From Octopus bimaculoides (Eukaryota): DNA of 64,000 nt. The notes below the pieces were generated by a model. That model did no database searches. It was given only the letters and a program-made list of their open reading frames with translations, and was not told the DNA's origin. Every line of letters starts with the position of its first letter. Position 1 is the stretch's first letter. Position numbers and translations under genes: made by a program. Shown here in pieces: positions 38,868 to 51,790 of the stretch. Where the stretch lies: contig NC_068988.1 in the NCBI RefSeq assembly GCF_001194135.2, positions 53,055,240 through 53,119,239 of the forward strand. Reading direction: 5' to 3'.

Positions 38868-40626
38868 NNNNNNNNNNGAGAGAGAGAGAGAGAGAGAGAG
38901 AGAGTTGGTGTTTCTTTGTCATGACATTCTGTGATTGTTGTAAACGAGTGTCATTGCCATACAGCAGTGTTCTTCATTTTCAATCGTCTGTGAGAAAATA
39001 TTACTTTACATGGAAACAGATGACGCTTCGGTGACAGGGTGACAAGAAGGGCTCCATCTGTAAAAAAATCTGACTCAACAAATTTTGTCCGACTTATGCA
39101 ATCATGGGAAAGTGGATGCTAAAATGATGGTGATGATTCAAACTGGGACTACATTATCCAGTGTGTCCTTCCTCTTTTTAACACTGTAAGGTATGGTGTG
39201 AAAGGAATTTGGCTGCTGTTTTTAGCAGGCCAAACAACCAATTTGATGTTCATATCTTGAAAAAAAAAAAAAAAAAGGAAGCAGCTTGTGGACTCTAACT
39301 TAACTGAAACTAAACTTTTTTTTATCTATTTTTATATTATTTGAACTAGATAAACCAGGGCAAATAATAGAAAAATGTCCTGCCCAGAAACACAGTAATA
39401 GCCAGCAGCAGATTTGATCGCATTAACCATAAAATACATGTCCATGAGTAGATTCTTGAATACTACAGTCAGTTTTTGATTCTCAATACTCTAATAATAG
39501 CTATGACGAAGTTGAAGAGATATTGTTGTCTTCCATAAATTAATATACTCTGTTAGGTTGACTCAGTCTCATAATTGTATTTGACTAACAGAGCTTTGAT
39601 GGATTTTTAACATGAAGCTATCATCATCATCATCAACAAAAGCAACATCGGCATCACCACCCATATTCCTCCTCCTCCATCCCTTCCTTTTATTGGGTGT
39701 GGTGATGACAAGAAGGCTATCCTTCCATAAAAACAAATTCATCACTCCAATAACCAGTGCATGTAACAGGTAATTCATGTGGAAAATTGTGACCTAGAGG
39801 AGGGCAATAACGGGCGGAGGGTGGGAGGACCGTTGAAGGATGGACTGGACTAGACTGGAGTGAAGTGGAGGGTGTGAATAAATGATAGCAAACATCAAAA
39901 ATGAAAAATAACGAGAATATCAAGATTCAGTATGCAAATAAATTAGCACGTAGAGGACCATCCTCCTGCATGTGTATCGTCTCCAGTTCTGTACACTGTC
40001 TATATCCCTGGGCGAATTATTAAACTTATCTTAGGAGTGATGAGTTAGAAGTATACTTGTATATTTCTGAATTGTTTTCATTAAGGAACCACTTATTAGT
40101 TGAAAATAACTGTTTCAATTTTTCCCCCATCATGTTTGTGTGGATGTTAGCCATATTAATTCCGGTACTTGTATTTGCATTTAAATTATTGAAACAGTGC
40201 AGTGGTTTTACAGGTGAATGTCTATTAATTTTCTACAACATGCTTTGCAATTTTATATTAGCCTCAAACATAAGAATATCATAAGATATCACGGCAAAAA
40301 TAATTCACTGTTCTTTGTAAACTTTTTTCTACTTACAATAGAGATCATTGCTAGTTTCTTTGTATTCTATTTCATTAATGTATGGTATGCATTTTGGTAT
40401 ACATTTGTGTGTTAGGGCTTGGGGTTCAATCTCTACTGAATGCCATCTCAAACAAGTGCTTTCGTCTTAGTCTCAGGTCAGCTCAAGCTTTGTGAGTAGA
40501 CAGAAAATTGTGTGAAAAACTGTTGAATTGATTGTACCCGTAATACAAAGGTCCAACAATACCACAGAGGAAATAAACATTAGAGGAGATGCTTTACCCC
40601 ACGCAGAAACTGCAAGAGCTACTTAC

Positions 40627-40761
40627 AGGTATTGCAAGCTCTTCTGAGTCAATGGCAATGTCGGAAACCAATCCGCAACAGGTATCTCAGGGTCAAATGT
40701 TTCAATCCTTAGCCTCTATGCTTCACCTGAGTGCTTCAGCAAAGACTGAATTAGTCGTCGC
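40627..40761 (-). other. Candidate 135-nt exon (non-coding as written)
   Basis: Acceptor aacttttctgcag| and donor |gtaagt on the minus strand. All three frames contain a stop; one frame has a single TAG. Confidence 0.3.
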
Positions 40762-41879
40762 CTGCAGAAAAGTTACATTTGTAGTCTCTTGTTAACCAGA
40801 AACACCTTATTATGTACTTATATCTATGGAATGCTCAACCGCTTACACATTGACATAACAAGTAAGTTATTTTGATTGAACAACGGAATATATACTGATG
40901 AAACCGGTAAGAGATACATCATTAGTATTTTGCACATTTCGTAATGGTATTAAGAATAGGAAAGCTTTTGTTATATTTCAGCATTGACAAACATACCACC
41001 AAATATATCTAGAGCAATAATATTTATCATTTGCTTCTTATATTTGTTTTACATTTGTCTTTTTTAAGATGGAATTAGTTGGACAGTTACTTATTTGAGA
41101 TAGTATTTTTATGGCCTGATGCTCTTCCTGTTTCTAATCCTTATCTGTTTATAAGGGATTTTTTTTTTATTCTGCTACTTCAAGAACATAGAATTGTGAG
41201 TTGTAATGTTTATCAGACCAGGAAGTAAATACTTTTTTTTTTTTTTGCACAGGTGATCTCATGTGAGAAGTGGAACTGTCATGTTTCACACACACACATG
41301 CTATTTCTCTTTTCTCTCTCTCTCACATAGACGCTTCTATAAAGTTTCCATTATTCAAGTCCATGTACAAGACATTTTTAAGCCTGAGGCAACGGTAGCA
41401 GTCACTTACCCAAGGTATCACACAATGGGGTTGAACCTGACAAGACACAGTTGTGAAGAAACAAACTTCTTAACCACACAGCATATGTATGTATGATGCA
41501 TGTACGTACGTATGTTATGATATTGAATATTTTTATTTGAAAATTAGTTTTTATTTCAACGTTTTGTATATGCACCAAGAAATTTGATAAAAGGTTAAAT
41601 AATGCTTATTATTGTATGGGTACCGTATTTCCTGATATTGTAAAAGTACGATGAGCAAGTTAAAAATTACTCGTCATATGACAGACAACACTCCGGTAAC
41701 TAATAATAATATCTTACATAATTGTTATAGCGTACTTATTTCGATAAATACTATAAATATTCCACATTAAAATGCAAATCCAAAACCAAACCAAAGAAAA
41801 CAAAATCGTGGGCGACAAATAAGAAAAAAAAGTATGTAAAATTCAAATTTTGTGTTAAAAGCAGTTCAATAATGCAAAC

Positions 41880-42740
41880 ATTTATAATATCACATGCTAA
41901 ATGTGTGTTGTTGAACTTTGCAAAGCTGCGGTATTTCATCTAAGGGAGACCTCTGGAAGACGTATAGTGTTAAAAAACACAGCGCACTTCAAAACTGTTG
42001 ATAATGTTTACATAACTGAACTGCTTTTAACATTAAATTCGAATTTTGTTTTACTTGTGCGACGCTTTTCCACGTCAGTGAATAGATTTTACGCTATCTG
42101 TAGACACACTTCTAGCTTGCTGTTTAAATTCTTTTCAGGGGGCAGCGTCGTGAACTCGGTTACTGACACGCTATAGAAAGCAGATGACCGGCCTTACGAG
42201 ACTTAAGACTGACGAAAAAATAAATACCACACCTTTACTGTATAACTATATTTTAAGTACCATATATATACTCTAGTAGCCATATTGTATAACCATGCTA
42301 AAGTGTTATGTCTATATTACATTAATTACAGTTATGCGCATAGCTGTGCAATGTACTCGTACGTTCATGCACATTCAGTGTGTATATATATATACACACA
42401 CACACACACGCGTGCGCACACAAACATATATACACATGCACACACCAAATATTCATTTGATTTGAAGGATATTTACATGGTTGAACTTAATAACCTATTG
42501 AACAGAAACCTCCTTTCTTACAATATATGTGCACATATTTGCACGTACATATTTTTGTGCCTTTGTAACCGTGTATGTACGCATGTAGGTGTGTGTGTAT
42601 ATGTGCGTGTGTGAGCGCACATTCATTTAATTTCCCAATCAATAACGTTTTAATTTAACTTCTTCCGAAGTCTCCTTTGGTCTGTCTCATTTTTAAATAC
42701 CTCCACCGCCATTGCAAAATATTTCTTTATTTAGCATGCA
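41880..42740. promoter_or_regulatory. Unique CpG-rich segment at the edge of the left CpG-depleted domain; candidate promoter or gene end
   Basis: About 17 CpG counted by eye in 41761-42300. Contains CCACGTCA (CRE/UPRE-like, ~42071), CAGGGGGCAGC (CTCF-core-like, ~42136) and CCGCCATT (YY1-like, ~42706). Position only, no transcript evidence. Confidence 0.35.
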
Positions 42741-44085
42741 TCCGCTTGCATCACACGCACACACACAATCTATGCAACAAATCTTGTTTAATTTGCATGA
42801 AGAAGATTAATTTATGAACCATATTTAATGTTTTTTTAATTATAATTAACATTTTTCAACATATTAATGTTTTCTGAATAGTTTTGAGTTCAAATTAACA
42901 TTTTTAGAACAAAATCGTTTGTTGGTACATGAACTATATGTATGAGAACGATGTGTGAACTGCAAATGTCTGAATTAAGAACCTGCTGTGATGGGTCAAT
43001 AGGTCATATTTTGCTACCATTAGAGGATTGTGTGGCTGAGAAGTTTGCTTTGATTTCAGGTTCAGTCCCACCGTGTGACAACCTAGTCGAGTGTCTTTTA
43101 CTATATATCCCTGGACTAATACATTTTGTGTGAGTTTGTAAGTGAAAATTGTATGAAGCCTGTCACGTACACGCTCGCGCGCACGTACTCACACGTACGC
43201 ACGCACATATATACAGGAATCCATCGCTTTACGGAAGTAATGCGTTCCTGAAAATCTGGTTGTAACGCGAAATTCTGTAATGCGAAATTAGTTTTCCTAT
43301 GAATTCCATATCAAGTGAGATTGCGTTCCTACGGACATTTTTGAAAAAAAAAAAAAAAAAAAAAGAAGAAAAGAAAAGTAGAATGAACAAAAAGAAAACC
43401 AACAAAGAAGCAACACAATCGCCTTTATATATGAAAATAATTTCTGAATATACACCGTTCAATATAGATACATAAAATCAAAAACATTTCAATAGGAATA
43501 AATTAGAGAGTTAATAAGAATTGTAATATCGTAAGAGTACGTTCTTACAACAAAAGATGTTGCCTTACTGTGTGATGGGTGGTGGCGGAATGAGCGTTAC
43601 TAGGAGGACGAGGGACAATCTTTACTATATTTTATAGTTCATTATCACGAACATCAGCTCGAGGGGCGAAGAACTGATCCAAACTTGTTTGTTGTTTATG
43701 ACACATCTTCTCTCTTTACAGCTCAGTATCGGAGCTGAGTTCATTGTAGACTTTTGTAATTTTTATGCTACGTTCACGATTAGGATATCAGCAAAAAACC
43801 TGCGAACCTTCCTCTATTAGCATCAACCCTTTAGCAATAATTTTTGTAGCCAATTTAAGTGGTGTAGGTGGAACTTCCCGTTGTCTCATCTGTTTTCAAC
43901 TTGTTCTTTTTCTACCAGCGTTAGCTGCTTATTAGATAAACTTTCTCTCCGGGACACTAGCAACTCAATCACATTATCCTCTATGACTTTTTCAAATCCT
44001 ACATACTCTGCAAGTGTCACAATATCTTTCCAAATTTGATGTAGACTTTCCGCTCGAAGAAAACTTGTACTGTTACAGATACATT

Positions 44086-44278
44086 AGGCGCAGGAGTGGC
44101 TGTGTGATAAGTAGCTTGCTTACGAACCACATGGTTCCAGGTTCAGTCCCATTGCGTGGCACCTTGGGAAAGTGTCTTCTACTATAGCCTCGGGCCGACC
44201 AAAGCCTTGTGAGTGGATTTGGTAGACGGAAACTGAAAGAAGCCCGTCGTATATATATATATATATATATATATATAT
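44086..44278 (+). mobile_element. SINE family A head inserted in the Tigger fossil
   Basis: Near-consensus head followed by (TA)n and a gap. Confidence 0.9.
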
Positions 44279-44945
44279 NNNNNNNNNNNNNNNNNNNNNN
44301 NNNNNNNNNNNNNNNNNNNNNNNNNNNNNNNNNNNNNNNNNNNNNNNNNNNNNNNNNNNNNNNNNNNNNNNNNNNNNNNNNNNNNNNNNNNNNNNNNNNN
44401 NNNNNNNNNNNNNNNNNNNNNNNNNNNNNNNNNNNNNNNNNNNNNNNNNNNNNNNNNNNNNNNNNNNNNNNNNNNNNNNNNNNNNNNNNNNNNNNNNNNN
44501 NNNNNNNNNNNNNNNNNNNNNNNNNNNNNNNNNNNNNNNNNNNNNNNNNNNNNNNNNNNNNNNNNNNNNNNNNNNNNNNNNNNNNNNNNNNNNNNNNNNN
44601 NNNNNNNNNNNNNNNNNNNNNNNNNNNNNNNNNNNNNNNNNNNNNNNNNNNNNNNNNNNNNNNNNNNNNNNNNNNNNNNNNNNNNNNNNNNNNNNNNNNN
44701 NNNNNNNNNNNNNNNNNNNNNNNNNNNNNNNNNNNNNNNNNNNNNNNNNNNNNNNNNNNNNNNNNNNNNNNNNNNNNNNNNNNNNNNNNNNNNNNNNNNN
44801 NNNNNNNNNNNNNNNNNNNNNNNNNNNNNNNNNNNNNNNNNNNNNNNNNNNNNNNNNNNNNNNNNNNNNNNNNNNNNNNNNNNNNNNNNNNNNNNNNNNN
44901 NNNNNNNNNNNNNNNNNNNNNNNNNNNNNNNNNNNNNNNNNNNNN

Positions 44946-45243
44946 GAGTGTTTATTGACCGAAAACACCTAAAGCTCCACGAGGCTCCGGCAGGGGATGG
45001 TGGCGAACCCTGCTGTACTCTTTCACCACAACTTTCACTCTTACTTCCTGTTTCTGTTGTACCTGTAATTCAACGGGTCAGCCTTGTCACACTGTGTCAC
45101 GCTGAATATCCCCGAGAATTACGTTAAGGGTACACGTGTCTGTGGAGTGCTCAGCCACTTGCACGTTAATTTTACGCGCAGGTTCTTCCGTTGATCGGAT
45201 CAACTGGAACCCTCGACGTCTTAAGCGACGGAGTGCCAACAAC
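44946..45243 (+). mobile_element. Element sharing the family C long tail but with a different upstream body
   Basis: 45066-45243 matches the C tail; 44946-45065 is unrelated to the C head. Its 5' end is lost in a gap. Confidence 0.8.
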
Positions 45244-47314
45244 AATTGTACCTAACATTATCAGTAAGTCCATGTAAATTCGCTAGGTGGCTCGGTGCAT
45301 TGCTTTGTTCGAAGTATTATGTCTGGCACTGCACCTTTCTACCACAGGGCAAAAAACGCTCTTTGAAAGGCTTCTTATTTGAACGCCAAAACAGGTAGAT
45401 TAAACTTTGTGAAACCCTTGAGAACCCTTAGATTTTCAGAGTGCTTCACATGCAGGCGCTTTAGTTTCATATATAACCAGTGGCATTTCCATCCAAAAGA
45501 AGTGTCAGACGACTTTTGGAAGCTTTAAATCCTAGTGTTGATATTTCTTCTCGAGAAAACAGAGTCCTAGCAGGCATGCGCTTCCAGAAAAGTGAAGTTT
45601 CATCAACATTTTATACTTGCTCTAGTGTGTATTCAACTTTAGCAACTATCCTGCCCAGGATAATTTGTAGCAACCTCTGTATCAGCGCTCGCAGTTTCAC
45701 CAGTCATTTTTATGTTGAGCACATTCATGTGCTTCTTAAACCTTTCAAACCAACCCTTGCAAGCCAAAAGGGACATTTTCATTAGCAGTTTCACCTTACA
45801 TTTTTCTATAAATCGTCTTATAAACTTCAGACACTTTTTTGAATTACCATCATTGCACGAATTCTGATCCTCGATCAGCACTTAAGCGCTGTACTATTAC
45901 AGTACATAATATCTATGGAAAAAGTCCAGACAGTCAATTATGTCAAGTGCTCAAGAAGCACTTGACATGATTTTCTCTTATTTCTCACGTATTGTCCTTG
46001 CAAGGACCTTGCAAGATATAATGTTTTGGCAATATAACTTAGTTTCACATCGCATCAAGTATTTCTAAAACATTAAATTTAGTATCCAGTGTAACCCCTT
46101 TGTAGTTCCTTTTCGCTTTACTGCCTCCAGGTCTATTTGATAGCTTCTTTCCAGACATCTTAAATTGAAGGCAAAATCTAACAGCAGTGGCAATACCAAT
46201 TTCTTTAATTTTCCAATGATTCGCAGATGAACGACTATGTTTGGACACAGACACAACACAGGCTGTGCTTTCAGGTTTTTTGGATAGTGTTCAGAAATAA
46301 CTCAATAAGTTTACCATTAACTCCGTGAAATATTCATGGGTCCCACTAGTATATATTATTACTGCTGTTGATGGTTGTGTTCGCATTGATGATAGAAGCG
46401 CTCGCGCGCGCGCGCACACACACATTCTTATATACATTATATATACATGTGCGTATGTGTGTGCATGTATGTATGTAACACGATGATAGTTTTTCAAATT
46501 GAGTGGCTGTTGAACTAAGAAAAATGTGTAGTTTTAAATTAGCAGTTTTAAACTACGCAATACGAGTTTCTGTAAGAGCGAAATTACACACCGTATCCTG
46601 TATTTAATAGTGATGCTTTACAATTTCCGTAAGTGCGAAATCTCATAACCAATTATGTGGTCTCCGATTCACTCCTCTACTCGAAGGCTACAGATCCAGT
46701 CCATCACTGGAACTGTAAAAATCTGTAAAACGTTCCAGAAGTTAATCATTTAAATATATATATGTGTATGTTTGGATATGCAACTATATGCAAGAGAATA
46801 CATACATAAAACAAAACATACAAATCTGCACACACGCATACATACATACAAAAATACCCTGTTGTTGATGTTGAAATTCCTATAAAGGAGCCTTGTATCT
46901 AGGTTAGAAACCGGCTCTTTCTCTATTGGCCAGAAATCTTGAAATGAAACTGAATAATGACGTACATACACACACACACTTTCTCTTTCACACACACACA
47001 CATTCTTATATGCATGTGTGTGTGTATAAAACTCACACTATATACAGTATATATACACGTGCAGCAGCCAGTGAGAAATTCAAACATATTTCGGCCTTTG
47101 GGGACATTTTCAATGTTGTGCTCTTGCAACCAGCCATATGCCTGGGTTGGAATTCGTCGCCTCCGATATAGGAAACAGCGAATGAAACCCTCACTGATGT
47201 TGTGCTTAGCCTCCCAGCTGAATAAGGATATGATATGGCGCAGTTAAGGCAACATTAAGTTAAAATAGACATCTATGTATCATACATAATGTATATACAC
47301 TGTTGATAGGCCAC

Positions 47315-47434
47315 TTACTGCGGTATTCGTCCTGAGATAAGATCTCTGTGATAATGTTTCATCTCCTTCCGATATTGTGTTTTTAACACAGCACATTCAT
47401 AAGAGATGCTACCTCAGGACGAATACCGCAATAA
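47315..47434. repeat. 22-bp inverted repeat around a ~76-nt spacer
   Basis: ttactgcggtattcgtcctgag and ctcaggacgaataccgcaataa (one mismatch). Confidence 0.85.
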
Positions 47435-47468
47435 CTCTGGTTTATTAACAGTGTACACACACACACTG

Positions 47469-47513
<45 letters not shown>

Positions 47514-47698
47514 NNNNNNNNNNNNNNNNNNNNNNNNNNNNNNNNNNNNNNNNNNNNNNNNNNNNNNNNNNNNNNNNNNNNNNNNNNNNNNNNNNNNNNN
47601 NNNNNNNNNNNNNNNNNNNNNNNNNNNNNNNNNNNNNNNNNNNNNNNNNNNNNNNNNNNNNNNNNNNNNNNNNNNNNNNNNNNNNNNNNNNNNNNNNN

Positions 47699-47735
<37 letters not shown>

Positions 47736-47739
47736 GGGA

Positions 47740-48810
47740 GGGGTTCTTTCAATTTCGTCTATCAAATCGACTCATGAAACTTTGGTTCGCCCGGGAAGGG
47801 GTGGGGTTATAGTAGAAGGCAATTGCTAAGTTACCACGCAGTGAGACTGAACCCGAAACCACGTCGTTGGGAAGCACACTTCTTAACCACACAACCATAT
47901 ATAAAGGTAAACTATTGCGAAGCTATTAGGGTCTTTTTTTTTTTTTATCATTTATCTTTTATTTGTTTCAGTCATTTGAATCCGGTCATGCTGGGGTACT
48001 ACCTTGAAGAATTTTTAGTTGAATGGATCGATCCCAGTATTAATACCAGAATAAGTACCAGGCTTTTTTTTTTTTGTGAAACTTGGTACTTACTGTATTA
48101 GTCTATTTTGCCGAACCACTAGATTACGGTGACATAAACACACCAGCACCGGTTGCCAAGCGGTAGTGAGGAACAAACGTACATACACATACGACGGGCT
48201 TCTTTCAGTTTCGCTCTACGAAATCCTCTCACAAAGTTTTAGTCGCCCCGAGGCTGTACTAAAAGTAACTTGCCCAAAGTACCACGCATTGAGACTGAAC
48301 CCGGGACCATGTGGTCCGGAAGCAAACGTCTTACTACGTAGCCCCAGTTATTAAGATTTATCATCATGGTAGTGCAGTGGGTGCTGTAGTCCATAGATGA
48401 AGCTTTTCGGTGAAATACATTCGCAAACCTATTAATTCATATTACTTATGATTATGCCTTTGCAAATGATAGCTTTATCTTTTGTCTACCTTTTGTGCCA
48501 CTCGTTGGATTGTGGCCATACTGGGACTCCGTCTTGAAAGGTTTAGCCGAACAAATCGACTCCAGAACTTCTTTTGTAAGTATGGTACTTATTGTTTCGG
48601 TCTCTTTTGCCAAACTGCTAAGTTATGGGAACGTAAACAAACCAGTACCTGTTAAGCACGGGGTGGGTTGGACAAGCACACACATGATGGGCTTTTTTCA
48701 GTTTCCGTCTACTAAATCCGCTCGCAAATCTTTGGTTGGCCCGGGGCTATAATACCAGACACTTGCCCTAGGTGCTGCGCAGTGGGACTGAATCCAAGAC
48801 CACATGGCTG
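47740..48810 (-). mobile_element. Three old SINE A copies in tandem (47740-47893, 47950-48340, 48480-48810)
   Basis: Diverged, but CpGs retained. Confidence 0.8.
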
Positions 48811-49185
48811 TGAACTCAACCTGGTTTTGATCTCGCCACAAACCATTTCGCTTCACTTATCGTAGATTCGTTTGAACAAGACTGAAGATCACGTCGTGTC
48901 ACTCCTTTACCCCTACCAACTTTTAAGTTCTGCATCTAGGTTAACAATCAATTAGCTGTACAAACGTGAAACTTATTAGTATTCAAGTTGAAATTGCTCA
49001 TTGCTTTCTTGTCCATAAGTTCAGCGTTCCGTTCAGTGAATTCTAAAGTGAAAGCTTTTGTTAACCATTCTGTGGAAGAGCGGAGAAGCTAAATTTAGAA
49101 ACTAGTGTCAACGTAAAACATTATGCTTAACTACTTTGCTGATAGAGGAAGAAAAACAAATAAAATTTATTTAATTTAAATAACA

Positions 49186-49556
49186 AGCGCAGGAGTGACT
49201 GTCTGGTAGGAAGTTTGCTTCTCAACCACATGGTTCCGGGTTCAGTCCCACTTAGTGACACCTTCAGCAGGTGACTTCTTTTAAACCTTCAGGCCGATTA
49301 AAGCCTTCTGAGTGGATTTGGTTGACAGAAATGTGTGTGTGTGTGTGTGTATCCTACCGCTGCTTGATACCCAATGCTGGTGTGTTTGCATCCCGTAACG
49401 TTGCGGTTCGGCAAAATAGACCGATAAAATAAGTACCAGGCTTTAAAAACAAAAAGTACTAGGGTCGATTCCTTCGGCTAAAAGAAAAAACGAAAAAGAT
49501 TTTTCAAGGCGGTGCCCCATCATGGCAGAAGTTTAATCACTGATACAAGTTAAAGA
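49186..49556 (+). mobile_element. SINE family A, older complete copy
   Basis: Head, (TG)n and A2 tail all alignable by eye. Confidence 0.85.
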
Positions 49557-49589
49557 TAAATATCTGTTAAATTAGAAAACAAAATAGTA

Positions 49590-49970
49590 TGTCAGAATCC
49601 TAGGAGAGATTTGGGGGCGGCGTTAACGCGTATCCGAGTTGGACATATGTAGCTAGTGATTTGAGCTTCTTCATCTTGATAAGTGCGAAGGGTGCCGGTG
49701 CCCGAGGTGGCTGTACAGACCAATGGCGCTATAGAAGAGTCGGGGGCACCTATCGCAGGGGGAGAGTTGGTGGGGAACGAGGTAGTGCGTGTCATTCTTT
49801 GCGTCTTCGACATCTGATCTCTGCTTCTTGATGTTTTCTTTATTTTCCATCAGGTTTGTTCCCTCTACGGTGACATGCTGTCAATTTGTGTGGTCCTTGG
49901 CGATCGTCTCCCAGATATTTGGGTCAATGGAAGAGCGAAAACGTATGTCCTTGAGCTGGTCTCGACAAAC
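49590..49970 (-). mobile_element. RTE-clade LINE 3' end (C-terminal Zn-finger-like motif and 3'UTR)
   Basis: Minus strand RDQLKDIRFRSSIDPNIWETIAKD...CDRCPRLFYSAIGLYSHLGHRH matches the RTE ORF C-terminus pattern. Confidence 0.75.
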
Positions 49971-50929
49971 ATACATACATACATAGACGCTCATCATCAT
50001 CATTATCATCGATTTTTACGTTTACTTTTTCCATAGTAGCATGAGTTAGACAAGACACATGCTTGAGGTTTTATTCGATAGCCGGATGCCCTTCCCGATA
50101 CAAACGCTTGTTTTTCTAGTAAAGTGCTAAGGTACTTTAGGTCATGTTTTCACATGTGAACTCACTGTCAAGCATTTTCTTTATGAGAAACATAAACAGC
50201 GCCACCGCTGAAACAATGTCGATGCAAAGATACAAACAAGCCACAGTAATACCAGCTGCGATGGATAGACATCCTGCCCNNNNNNNNNNNNNNNNNNNNN
50301 NNNNNNNNNNNNNNNNNNNNNNNNNNNNNNNNNNNNNNNNNNNNNNNNNNNNNNNNNNNNNNNNNNNNNNNNNNNNNNNACTGCTTGACAACCGGTGTTG
50401 GTGTGTTTACGTCCCCATAACTTAGCAATTCCGAAAAAGAGACCGATAGAATAAGTACCATGCTTTAAGAAAAAATAAGTTCTAAAATCGATTTATTTGA
50501 TTAAAAAGTTCTTCGAGGTGGTGCCCCAGCAAAGCTGCTGTCTAATGACTGAAACAAGTAAATGATAAAGGATACTTAGAAAAATACATACATAAAAAGC
50601 ATACGTACAAAGAGAGACATAGATAATATGTACACACATACATACTCCCTATCAAACTTTAACATCTCATCACCTGGTAAAAAGTCATCTGCCTTAATGC
50701 TACATTGAAGTGTCTTGTACGAGTTACTCGACTTTACCAGTACCAGTACCGCCTACAAAGCGCCCAGGACACTGTAAAGTGGTTGGTGATAGGAAAGGCG
50801 ACCAGCTGTAGAAGCAAACATTAGAGCTTGGCGCAGTCTTCTCGCTCGCCAGTCCCTATCAAACCGTCCAACCCAAGAAAACAGGCGTTAAACAATGATG
50901 GTGGTGGTGGAATATGACGGGCTGAAATC

Positions 50930-51790
50930 AATCTGTTTCTTGACTGTTACAGAGGAACGTGTGCCTTACAGATAGGTTTATCACCAGGAAAAGAGTATAG
51001 TTCGGCAAGGTTTTCTGCTTTAACCTCTGCTCTTAAGTGATGCGGCGGTCAGTGGTTAGTTTCGGCTGGATCTGTGCATGCATCAGCGGTCGGCGGTTAA
51101 ATAACCTTCAGCATGCTGATAACATCGTACTAATCTCTTCTTCGCCAGCTGAGCTTCAGGGAACTGATTGATAGAGCTAGTGTTTTAACTAGAGAAACGC
51201 ACCAAGGAAGACTAAGTTGATGGCACAAGAGGTCAAGCTAACCCAAGATAGCAAGTTCAAGTACCTGGGCTCCATTATTGACTACAGTAGACTACAACCC
51301 AGAAATCAGAGCAAGACTTGATGCACGATGATCAGCCCTGAGGTCACTACAACATGGGGGGACTGCGTCTTCTGTAAGATGCATCTAATTGAAACTTCTA
51401 AAATCTCTAGTCTTTCCTGTAGCGTTGTATGAGTGTGAAACATAGACACAAAGCAGCTGAGGGCGTTCGTGGTGAAGTGCTATAAGCATGCTGTGCGGAT
51501 CAGTTGTGCAGTTTGTATAACGAACGATTCTGATCTGGAGACAGGAACAACAAAAATTGGTAACGGTGGTCAATTAGCGAAAACTGCAGTATTTTGGCCT
51601 GGATTTCTGTGCCCGCGTCCTCAGCGACTGGATGGATGGAAAACGTACTTGCATGTGACAAACGAGTGATGATATCATTTGCTGGACAGGGGGACCTTGG
51701 TTGAGTAAGTGTACGGCTGCAACACGAGACTGTAGTGTGTAATGCGGAACGGCTGTTGTCTGAAACCCCGCTCTCAGCCACGAGGATGGG
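50930..51790 (+). mobile_element. Degenerate RTE/BovB-like reverse transcriptase fragment
   Basis: Broken motifs in order: VRQGFLL*PLL (QG motif), NNLQHADNIVLI (YADD), FKYLGSII, EIRARL, LLKSLVFPVALYECET, KLQYFG. Confidence 0.75.

Larger units (their letters stand above)
43214..46600 (-). mobile_element. Decayed Tigger/pogo (Tc1-mariner) DNA transposon with nested insertions
   Basis: TA|CAGGA ... TCCTG|TA ends. Minus-strand fragments lie in order: KRNYKGVTLDTKFNVL (N-terminal HTH, ~46050-46175), KGWFERFKK..MTGETASAD and NVDETSLFWKRMPART..GFKASKSRLTLLL (DDE, ~45380-45880), IWKDIVTLAEYVGFEKV and PNRERS..QTSLDQFF (C-terminal, ~43640-44060). Many stops and frameshifts. Confidence 0.85.

Noticed and set aside
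40131-40214. Hydrophobic ORF MFVWMLAILIPVLVFAFKLLKQCSGFT followed by a gtgaat donor (plus strand)
   Set aside because: Signal-anchor-like, but T-rich DNA gives such peptides by chance; I could not link it to a convincing downstream gene.
40890-40930. CTGATGA hammerhead-core words (also 2278, 19415, 56722)
   Set aside because: None is followed by stem II and GAAA in the required geometry.
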